DNA from: Pyrodictium delaneyi
GTDB lineage: Archaea; Thermoproteota; Thermoprotei_A; Sulfolobales; Pyrodictiaceae
Reading direction: 5' to 3'
Assembly: GCF_001412615.1 (NCBI RefSeq)
Contig: NZ_CP013011.1
Location: 120,001-152,000, forward strand
DNA: 32,000 bases
Part shown: positions 17,393-24,619 of the stretch, in pieces
Position numbering within the stretch: position 1 is the first letter of the stretch
How the letters are laid out: each line of letters starts with the position of its first letter
Notes under the pieces: generated by a model
What the model saw: only the letters and a program-made list of their open reading frames with translations
Told to the model about the DNA's origin: nothing
Databases searched by the model: none
Program-made: the position numbers and the translations under genes

Positions 17393-17427
17393 TGTTGATC
17401 GTACACGGTGTGTGGTGAAGCATCTAG

Positions 17428-19671
17428 ATGCGTGTAGAGGATCTACCCCTGCCAACAGAGGCTAAACGTGTCCTCCTAGAGCGGGGTTACAGCGAGCTAT
17501 TCCCGCCCCAGGAGGAGGCAGTACGGGCAGGTCTCCTTAACGGTGAGAGTATAGTAGTGGCGTCGCCGACGGGCTCGGGTAAGAGTCTCATAGCGCTCCT
17601 CGCTGGTCTACGTGCCCTCGCGGAGCCGGGTAAGAGGTGCCGCGTAGTCTACGCTGCCCCGCTCCGCAGCCTAGTGTACGAGAGGGCTGAGGAGTGGCGT
17701 AGTATACTCGAGAGCCTAGGTAGGCGGGTCGCAGTATCGACTGGTGATTACGACCGCGTCGAGCCCTGGCTGGGTGAGGCCGACGCGGTAATGGTTACCT
17801 ATGAGAAGCTCGACTCGCTCCTACGCCATGGAGCTAGCTGGCTAGCAGACGTCTGCGTCCTCATTGTGGACGAGATACACTATGTAGGGGATCTACGCCG
17901 TGGCCCGGTCCTTGAGACAGTAATAGCGCGGTTAATGGCTATGAACGATGGGATGCAAGTTGTAGCACTAAGCGCCACGATAAGCAATGCTGGAGAGATA
18001 GCGGCATGGCTTGGCGCCCGGCTTGTCGAGAGCAACTGGCGTCCCGTGGAGCTACGCGAGGGCGTCTTTAACAACTATGTGATAGAGTGGGGTGATGGGG
18101 GAGAATCTAGGGTAGAGAAGCGTACCCGTAACCACAGCCTAGACGTTGCTCTCGACGCTGTAGCTGATGGAGGCCAAGCCCTAGTATTCGTGAACTCGCG
18201 CCGGAAGGCTGTAGAGCTGGCAGAGAAACTAGCGGCGGCAGCAGCTAACGATAGCGAGGTACGGCGCCTCCTAGACCCTGGCGGCGCGGCGGGGCCCTAT
18301 GTCAGCATCCTACGCGAGCGCCAGGAGCACCGGGAACTCAACGAGAAGCTCGCTAGGCTACTCAGTCTGGGAATAGGCTTCCACCATGCAGGACTCGCTA
18401 GCTACCAGAGAGACGTAGTAGAGAAGGCATTCCGTGCCCGTGTACTACGCGTGCTAGTAGCAACGCCTACGCTCGCGGCAGGGGTCAATCTTCCTGCCCG
18501 GCGGGTTGTAGTCGATACCCTCTACCGCTTCCGGCCGGGCAGGGGATCTGAGCCGATAAAGGTCTCTGAGTATAAGCAGCTCGCTGGCCGTGCTGGCCGG
18601 CCGGGCCTTGACCCGGTAGGCGAGGCAGTGATAATCGCGAGGACCCAGGAGCAGGCCTGGGAGGCGCTCATAGGCTACGTGCAGGGCGAGCTTGAGCCCA
18701 TAGTCTCTAAGCTCGTCTCTGAGGCAGCTCTGCGAAGTCAAGTGCTTGCAGTAGTCTCGAGCCTAGGCGTGGCCACGGTAGCTGAGGTAGCCCGTGTCTT
18801 CGAGAGGACGCTCTATACGGTTCAAGTAGGCCCACCTCTCGAAGAGATAGACAGGATATCCTGGACTCTGAGCGAGTACGGCTTCATAGACCGTGTCGGC
18901 GACGTGGTGGAAGCAACTGAGACAGGGCGGCGGGTGGCGGAGCTCTATATAGACCCGCTTACCGGGCATAGGATGCTACGTGGGCTAGAGGCGCTTCATA
19001 GCGAGCGGCCGCCGCTTGAGAGGCTCCTATTCCTAGCCCTGTGGAGCCCCGATGCGACGCGAATAAGGCCGCCCCGGGGGCTACACCTAGCTCTAGAGAT
19101 GGAGGCCGAGCAGCTGCTAGAGGACCTGGGCTTCACCCCTTACGAGGAAGTAGGTGAAGCCGATATAGCTGTAGCAGCTGAAGCCCTCTATACTGCTGAT
19201 ATGCTGCTAGACTGGGTGATGGAGAAGCCAGAGGACGTTATCCTAGCGAAGTATGGGATAGATCCTGGCGACCTCCGTGGTGTGGTAGAGACTTCCGCAT
19301 GGCTGGTATACTCCATGGCGCAGCTGGCTAGGGTTACTGGGCATCCCGCAGCAGCTTACCTAGACAAACTGACAGTAATGGTGAAGCATGGCGTCCAGGA
19401 GGAGCTAGTAGAGCTTGTAAAGCTCCCAGGAATAGGCAGGGTACGTGCACGCCGCCTCTACGAGGCAGGATATCGCAGCCCTAGCGACCTGGCTGGGCTT
19501 AATCCCGAGCAGCTTGCTCAGCTCCTCCGTGGCCTCGGCGAGGAGCGTGCCCGCCAGGCACTAGCTGAGGCACAACGCTCAGCACGTAGAGAGCATAGGG
19601 TCTCCAAGGAGAAGCTCAGCGCTGATGGACGGAGAGGGCAGAGGAGTATACTAGACTACCTCAGCGGATAA
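17428..19671 (+). CDS. hel308: Hel308/Hjm (Ski2-like) ATP-dependent DNA helicase
   Basis: 747 aa. Helicase motifs are motif I ASPTGSGKS, motif II DEIH, motif III SAT, HHAGL, ATPTLAAGVNLPARRVV and QLAGRAGRPG. The C-terminal helix-hairpin-helix region is LPGIGRVRARRLYEAGY. Confidence 0.9.
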   Translation: MRVEDLPLPTEAKRVLLERGYSELFPPQEEAVRAGLLNGESIVVASPTGSGKSLIALLAGLRALAEPGKRCRVVYAAPLRSLVYERAEEWRSILESLGRRVAVSTGDYDRVEPWLGEADAVMVTYEKLDSLLRHGASWLADVCVLIVDEIHYVGDLRRGPVLETVIARLMAMNDGMQVVALSATISNAGEIAAWLGARLVESNWRPVELREGVFNNYVIEWGDGGESRVEKRTRNHSLDVALDAVADGGQALVFVNSRRKAVELAEKLAAAAANDSEVRRLLDPGGAAGPYVSILRERQEHRELNEKLARLLSLGIGFHHAGLASYQRDVVEKAFRARVLRVLVATPTLAAGVNLPARRVVVDTLYRFRPGRGSEPIKVSEYKQLAGRAGRPGLDPVGEAVIIARTQEQAWEALIGYVQGELEPIVSKLVSEAALRSQVLAVVSSLGVATVAEVARVFERTLYTVQVGPPLEEIDRISWTLSEYGFIDRVGDVVEATETGRRVAELYIDPLTGHRMLRGLEALHSERPPLERLLFLALWSPDATRIRPPRGLHLALEMEAEQLLEDLGFTPYEEVGEADIAVAAEALYTADMLLDWVMEKPEDVILAKYGIDPGDLRGVVETSAWLVYSMAQLARVTGHPAAAYLDKLTVMVKHGVQEELVELVKLPGIGRVRARRLYEAGYRSPSDLAGLNPEQLAQLLRGLGEERARQALAEAQRSARREHRVSKEKLSADGRRGQRSILDYLSG

Positions 19672-19673
19672 CT

Positions 19674-19764
19674 CTCTGCGGCTGTGAGGAGACCGCCAGT
19701 GTCTGAGCCCCTCGGAGGGGCGGCGAGGGGCTGTGACTGTGCTTCGCTGACCGAGCCCTACGGG
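19674..19764 (+). repeat. degenerate repeat units downstream of hel308
   Basis: The units are 19680-19718 (GGCTGTGAGGAGACCGCCAGTGTCTGAGCCCCTCGGAGG) and 19729-19764 (GGCTGTGACTGTGCTTCGCTGACCGAGCCCTACGGG). I counted 82 G+C in 19671-19790 (68%). Confidence 0.4.
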
Positions 19765-19799
19765 ACAATGCCTAGGGGCACAGCCTCGGGTGAGAAAGC

Positions 19800-19807
19800 T
19801 TTTTGTA
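19800..19807 (+). promoter_or_regulatory. TTTTTGTA: T5 tract, either terminator for hel308 / the structured element or TATA box for TIP49
   Basis: The T5 run at 19800-19804 directly follows the GC-rich structured block. Its centre lies about 29 nt upstream of the ATG at 19832, which is leaderless promoter spacing. The two roles cannot be separated from sequence alone. Confidence 0.35.
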
Positions 19808-19831
19808 GAAGCGGGTTGAAGCCGCGTTCCA

Positions 19832-21199
19832 ATGGGTGCCAAGAGTATGGCAGCAATAAAGGAGGTAAAACCAGTAAAGGAGACCAGAAGGGTCGGCGCA
19901 CACAGCCACATCAGGGGGCTAGGCCTCGACGAGAACGGTCACGCCAAATTCGTAGCTGACGGTATGGTTGGCCAGACAGAGGCACGCGAAGCAGCAGGCA
20001 TAGTAGTCCAAATGATACGTGAAGGCAAAATGGCTGGTCGTGGTGTATTGATAGTAGGTCCAAGCGGAACCGGGAAGACAGCCATAGCAGTAGGCATAGC
20101 CAAGGAGTTAGGCGAGGATACACCATTCGTAGCCATGAGTGGTTCAGAGATATACAGTAGCGAGCTAAAGAAGACGGAAGTACTCATGCAGGCTCTGCGT
20201 AAGTCAATAGGCGTGAGGTTCCGCGAACGGAGAACAGTATACGAGGGCGCAGTTAAGCAGCTCCGCATAGCCTACGTGAAGCACCCGTTCAACCCCTACG
20301 TGAAGGTGCCCCGTGAAGCAGAGATAGTTCTAGAGACTACCGATGATAGCTTGAAGCTGCGCGTAGGTGAAGAGATAGCGGTCCAACTCCTCCAGCTACG
20401 AGTCCGCCGCGGTGACGTGATATGGATAGACGCCGAGACAGGTGAAGTTCACAAGGTAGGCCGTCTATGTAGTGAGAGTCGCTATGACATATCGGCATAT
20501 AGATGCGTAGAGAAGCCGAGCGGGTCAGTAAAGAAGGACAAGGAGATAGTCCACATGTTGACACTACACGACCTAGACGTGGCTTACGCAGCCCAGCGGG
20601 CGGCGGTAGCAAGTTTCCTAGGCATGCCAATAACAAGAGAGATACCAAGCGATGTGCGCCAGCGTGTTGACGAAGAGGTAAAGAAGCTAGTAAACGAGGG
20701 CCGTGCCGAGCTTGTGCCCGGCGTACTCTTCATAGACGATGCTCATATGCTCGACATAGAGGCGTTCAGCTTCCTGACAAGAGCTATGGAGAGCGAGCTA
20801 GCCCCGATACTAGTACTCGCGACTAACCGGGGCATGACCAAGATAAGGGGTACCGACATAGAAGCACCGCATGGAATACCGCTAGATCTGCTAGACCGCC
20901 TCCTCATAATAAGGACAAGACCCTACACAGCTGAGGAGATACGTGAGATACTAAAGATACGTGCTGACGAGGAAGAGATACCGCTCAGCGATGATGCTCT
21001 CGAAGAACTAACCAGACTGGGTGTGGAGCGTAGTCTCCGCTATGCAGTACAGCTCATGGAGCCAGCACGTATACTTGCAGAACGCGAGGGCAGGACCAAG
21101 GTGACCGTAGAAGATGTAAAAAAGGCTGCAAAGTACTTTGTCGACCTCCGGGAAAGCGTGCAATACATACAGCAGTACGAAGAGAAGCTGCTAAAGTAA
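19832..21199 (+). CDS. TIP49 / RuvB-like AAA+ ATPase (archaeal RuvBL homolog)
   Basis: 455 aa. It has HSHIRGLGLD, Walker A GPSGTGKT (20057-20080) and a domain II insertion. VPGVLFIDDAHMLDIEAFSFLTRAMES is near-identical in pattern to eukaryotic RuvBL VPGVLFIDEVHMLDIE. An alternative ATG start is at 19847. Confidence 0.9.
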   Translation: MGAKSMAAIKEVKPVKETRRVGAHSHIRGLGLDENGHAKFVADGMVGQTEAREAAGIVVQMIREGKMAGRGVLIVGPSGTGKTAIAVGIAKELGEDTPFVAMSGSEIYSSELKKTEVLMQALRKSIGVRFRERRTVYEGAVKQLRIAYVKHPFNPYVKVPREAEIVLETTDDSLKLRVGEEIAVQLLQLRVRRGDVIWIDAETGEVHKVGRLCSESRYDISAYRCVEKPSGSVKKDKEIVHMLTLHDLDVAYAAQRAAVASFLGMPITREIPSDVRQRVDEEVKKLVNEGRAELVPGVLFIDDAHMLDIEAFSFLTRAMESELAPILVLATNRGMTKIRGTDIEAPHGIPLDLLDRLLIIRTRPYTAEEIREILKIRADEEEIPLSDDALEELTRLGVERSLRYAVQLMEPARILAEREGRTKVTVEDVKKAAKYFVDLRESVQYIQQYEEKLLK

Positions 21200-21558
21200 G
21201 AGCACTTCCATGGCTCAGCCTTCTTCCATTAACATAACTCAGTAGTAATTATTGTCTTTTCATTCTACTACTTTGCCGACGCTCGTTCGGGGATGTATCG
21301 TATCCTACCTATCGATAGCGAACACTCTTTATAGGGAGTGGTATTGAAGAGGGGTTTAGAAAGTCGAGACACCTAGCTCATGAAGAGACGTATGAAATTA
21401 GCGGAATATCCTCATTAAAAGTATTGTATTATTAGTCAGTCATACTTGCACAGTGAGCTACTGATAAATGTAATGTAACGTAATTGTATGGTTCAGTCGT
21501 AAAACATGCATGTTGCTTGTAATGTATTACTCGTAAGTGGGGAGGGAATGGTGCAGTT

Positions 21559-22356
21559 ATGGTAATAAGTTCGATGCATGGTAAGTATGCAGAATACATT
21601 AAGAACTTCTTAGAAGATATTGCTAAGCTTCCTAGTGAGCAATTTACACAAGTCATACAAGCTGTACAGGAAAAGGATGTCCTAGACTTAGCCGTAGTAT
21701 ACACGGCAGCTGTTACTCGGCTCTCTAGCTTATGGTTAATATGGGAGGACTACTGCAGAGAGAGCGTAAGTAAGCCCATCTGTACAGAAATAAAGGAAAT
21801 TGTGGAGCATGCAGGCCGCGACATGGGAGTGGTAACCTTCTTTAATGGTGAAATAAAGACTCTAGTGGTTAAGCTATTCCATGACCTATCTCCGGGCATT
21901 TTTGTACCCGGCTGGGTCCTAGCCTACTCTGTACGCCTCGGGAGACCTTTAGCGTCAAAACTCCGCGAACTGAGTATAGAGGAGCAAGCAGCAAGGTTAC
22001 CTGGCTTTGTAGCTTCCTTCTACGTACTCGATGCTATGGAGAAGGCCATGCTTGATTACTACTCTTCAAAAGGCTCTGATTTTGCATATGCAACTGCGGG
22101 ATATATATACTGGGAAATAATTAAGCCATGTACTCTGCTTCCTGAAGTGTTCGCTGAAGGTATAGGTTCCACGACAAGTTTACCACAGATACACAATAGA
22201 GTCTATATAGAAGTCCAAGAGAGTCTTCTTCGGGACGACACACAGCCACCTAAAATAGATTATGCAGAGTACATAGGCCAAGCTCTGAAAGAGGCGAAAG
22301 AAGCATTAATGGAAGAATTGAAGAGGAAAAGATTCCAGTTGAACAAAAACACGTAG
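21559..22356 (+). CDS. hypothetical protein (orphan) in low-GC island
   Basis: A 265-aa ORF with plausible composition and a Lys/Glu-rich C-terminal helix (KEAKEALMEELKRKRFQ). I recognise no family. GGGGAGGG lies about 15 nt upstream of the start. Confidence 0.5.
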   Translation: MVISSMHGKYAEYIKNFLEDIAKLPSEQFTQVIQAVQEKDVLDLAVVYTAAVTRLSSLWLIWEDYCRESVSKPICTEIKEIVEHAGRDMGVVTFFNGEIKTLVVKLFHDLSPGIFVPGWVLAYSVRLGRPLASKLRELSIEEQAARLPGFVASFYVLDAMEKAMLDYYSSKGSDFAYATAGYIYWEIIKPCTLLPEVFAEGIGSTTSLPQIHNRVYIEVQESLLRDDTQPPKIDYAEYIGQALKEAKEALMEELKRKRFQLNKNT

Positions 22357-22389
22357 CCTAAAATCCTCCTAGTAAGTCAGCGGGCCCCT

Positions 22390-22716
22390 TTAGAAGCCGA
22401 AGAGGCTCTCGAGGCCTGCTGCTAGCTGCTCCTCGCTTACCTCCTCCTTCTTCTCCTCAGCCTTCTCTTCCTCTTCCTCCTTCTTCTCCTCGGCTGCAGC
22501 AGGTGCCGCTGCTGGTGCAGCAGCTGGTGCTACCGGCATAGCTGTGGCGGACTTCACTACCTCATCTATGTTGATGTTCTTGAGGGCAGCTACTACAGCC
22601 TTCACGCGGGCCTCGTCTACCTCTACGCCAGCGGCCTCGAGTATCTTCTTGAGGTTTTCCTCGTTTATCTCCTTACCAGCTGCATATAGCACAAGGCTAG
22701 CGTAGATGTACTCCAT
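22390..22716 (-). CDS. rpl12: 50S ribosomal stalk protein P1 (L12e)
   Basis: The sequence is [40 protein letters not shown]..., with an Ala/Pro hinge, an acidic KKEEEEE stretch and the conserved C-terminal GLESLFGF. The ATG at 22716 is preferred over the track start at 22737. Confidence 0.9.
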   Translation of the reverse strand: MEYIYASLVLYAAGKEINEENLKKILEAAGVEVDEARVKAVVAALKNINIDEVVKSATAMPVAPAAAPAAAPAAAEEKKEEEEEKAEEKKEEVSEEQLAAGLESLFGF

Positions 22717-22785
22717 TGCGCGACTCCTCCAGCCCATCCTCTAAGCTTTCTTACCCAGCCCGCCTCCAGGCCCGGGTGGGTTTCT

Positions 22786-23751
22786 TTATCTTTCCGCTCC
22801 CCCGCCACCTCCCCACAGCATCAGAGGCTCCACGTTAGGTTTAAGCTGTCCTGCAACAGCTATGGGCATACCCTGGGTATTCATAGCGGCAGCAGCATAA
22901 CCCTTTGCATCGAGAACTATTATACCTAAATTATCACTGCCGAAGAGTTGGGTATGACGGGCCACAGCGGCTCGTGCAGCCTCCTCGACGGGTACACCTT
23001 CCGCGATCAGCTCAACAGCGTAAACACAGGGGCGTCCTAGGAGAATCGTCTCACCAATTCCCGTCGCAGAGCAGCCTCCAACGCCACGCTCCACGTAAAA
23101 CCCGGCGCCAGGTACTGGCGAGTCTCCTATACGCCCTGCGTGCTTCAGAACTATGCCGCCGGTACTAGCTGATGCGGCAAGCCTTCCGGCAGATAGAACA
23201 ACAGCCCCTACAGTGTCGCCATAGAGTTCATGTATCACTCGAGCCCAGCTGGGGCCTTCGCCGCTACGCAGCTTCTCTCTAAGCGTCTTCCATCGCTCAA
23301 GGGCACGTGGACTGGGACCTGGGTGCTTCTCCAGCCCAAGCCGCTGTGCGAGTTCATCCGCAGCGGGTCCAGCTAGCAGCACGTGAGGAAGCTCTCTCGC
23401 TACATACGCGGCTAGACGCACCGGATTACGTGGATACGTTACCACAGCAACGCCGCCAGCCTGCGTAGCGTCAGTCATAACTCCAGCATCCATTTCCACG
23501 CGTCCATCATATGTGAGTACGCTGCCAATACCAGCATTAAGTACGCCACTGTCCTCTAATGCAGCGACAGCTTCGACAACCGCCTCAAGTACACCCTTCC
23601 TGGCGTGATGAAGACCTGCAGCAGCTCCGGCTCTAACAGCACCGAGAACTTCCTCAATCCTGCTTATACCACGCCAGCCCCCAGCTCCACCATGCACAAT
23701 GACTGCAGGATCGCCGAGCCGGACTGGCCCATAAACAGTTATAGAAGCCAT
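22786..23751 (-). CDS. isoaspartyl peptidase / L-asparaginase (Ntn hydrolase, plant-type)
   Basis: 321 aa. Motifs are VHGGAGG, NAGIGSVLTYDGRVEMDAGVM, the autoprocessing site GDTVGAVV, GRIGDSPVPGAGFY and CSATGIGE. Confidence 0.85.
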   Translation of the reverse strand: MASITVYGPVRLGDPAVIVHGGAGGWRGISRIEEVLGAVRAGAAAGLHHARKGVLEAVVEAVAALEDSGVLNAGIGSVLTYDGRVEMDAGVMTDATQAGGVAVVTYPRNPVRLAAYVARELPHVLLAGPAADELAQRLGLEKHPGPSPRALERWKTLREKLRSGEGPSWARVIHELYGDTVGAVVLSAGRLAASASTGGIVLKHAGRIGDSPVPGAGFYVERGVGGCSATGIGETILLGRPCVYAVELIAEGVPVEEAARAAVARHTQLFGSDNLGIIVLDAKGYAAAAMNTQGMPIAVAGQLKPNVEPLMLWGGGGGAER

Positions 23752-24470
23752 GGTCTCGTCTCCCTCGCCTTCTCCTTCTCCTCCTCCGCAATCTTCCGGA
23801 GTTCCTCTACAAGATCTGCCACGCGCTCCCGTACATCAAGCCGGTACCAGGGCTCGCTGCCAGCATGCTCGCCACGGAGAGCCTTAACGAGCCGGACTAC
23901 AGCTACACCGACGTTGTATGCGTCGAGCGTGGCCTGTTCGTTCTCTAGTACGTCACCTCTCCCGTGGTAGTAGGCAGCACCCCAAGCTGGCACGTGGAAT
24001 CCCATCATGTTGAGAGTCAACAGCATCCACGAGAGGGCGTTTGCAGCGCCAGCCTCCTCACCAGCAGCTATAACTCCCGCCACCTTGCCGTCGAGCAGGC
24101 TCCGCCCAGTATGGTATATCATGTTTTCGAGGGCAGTAAGCCTGTCTATGAATGTCTTCAGCTTCCCAGAGGCCATGAACCAGTAGACGGGAGTAGCAAA
24201 TACAATAGCATCCGCCCAGAGTACAGCCTCAGCAAGCTCTCTAAACTTGTCACCCCGCTCGTAGAGCGGGCATGCTTTCGGGAAATGGCACTCATAGAGG
24301 TTGTCAGAGTAACAAGCCATACATGGCTCTAGATGGTAGTCGTAGAGATGTATAAGTCTGGTCTCGGCTCCTAAGTCATCAGCCCCCCGTAATGCTAGCC
24401 ATAGCATCTTGAAGGTATTGCCATACTTTCTCGGCGAGCCGTTAACCCCAAGAACCTTCACGCTGCCCAT
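23739..24470 (-). CDS. NADPH-dependent FMN reductase / iron-sulfur flavoprotein-like
   Basis: It has the flavodoxin-like N-terminus VKVLGVNGSPRKYGNT and the Cys cluster CMACYSDNLYECHFPKAC. The start is ATG 24470, or alternatively GTG 24482. It overlaps the asparaginase start by 13 nt, so the two are probably in one operon. Confidence 0.6.
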   Translation of the reverse strand: MGSVKVLGVNGSPRKYGNTFKMLWLALRGADDLGAETRLIHLYDYHLEPCMACYSDNLYECHFPKACPLYERGDKFRELAEAVLWADAIVFATPVYWFMASGKLKTFIDRLTALENMIYHTGRSLLDGKVAGVIAAGEEAGAANALSWMLLTLNMMGFHVPAWGAAYYHGRGDVLENEQATLDAYNVGVAVVRLVKALRGEHAGSEPWYRLDVRERVADLVEELRKIAEEEKEKARETRPWLL

Positions 24471-24619
24471 GACACTCCCCACGGTGACTGTGGAGCCTAG
24501 AGGCTTAATTCAACGCAGCTCGCAGCCACTATCAGTGTGGGTAAACGCTGAGCCAAGGAAAGGTGGCGAAATCATCGGCCTAGAGACAGTTCACAGTGTG
24601 CCCTCTGGTGGTCTAAGCC

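Larger units (their letters stand above)
17193..17427 (+). ncRNA. candidate structured RNA / structured GC-rich spacer (family unknown)
   Basis: I counted 140 G+C in the 200 nt 17201-17400 (70%), against AT-rich spacers elsewhere. There are several strong helices: an 11-bp perfect stem at 17204-17214/17232-17242, a 9-bp stem at 17250-17258/17305-17313, the GCCCC-CGA-GGGGC hairpin at 17333-17345, and GGGGCTG/CAGCCCC at 17349-17355/17379-17385. The strand is not established. Confidence 0.3.

Noticed and set aside
17193-17427. Possibility that the spacer is SRP (7S) RNA or RNase P RNA
   Set aside because: It is too short for archaeal SRP RNA (~300 nt). I could not find the helix-8 GGAA tetraloop context or the RNase P CR-I GAAAGUCC-type motif. 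Only a generic structured-RNA call is justified.
17189-17465. ORFs of 88 aa (minus) and 63 aa (plus) in the GC-rich spacer upstream of hel308
   Set aside because: Their translations are dominated by Arg/Pro/Gly, as expected from 70% G+C non-coding DNA. They have no start context, and the region is better explained by nucleic-acid structure.
19684-19959. 91-aa plus-strand ORF spanning the hel308-TIP49 spacer
   Set aside because: The translation is Arg/Gly/Pro-rich, overlaps the TIP49 start out of frame, and lies in the structured GC-rich block.
21379-21464. Possible C/D-box sRNA (ATGAAGA ... CTGA) in the AT-rich spacer
   Set aside because: The C box is imperfect, the spacing (~85 nt) is longer than typical archaeal C/D sRNAs, and there are no convincing C'/D' boxes or terminal stem.
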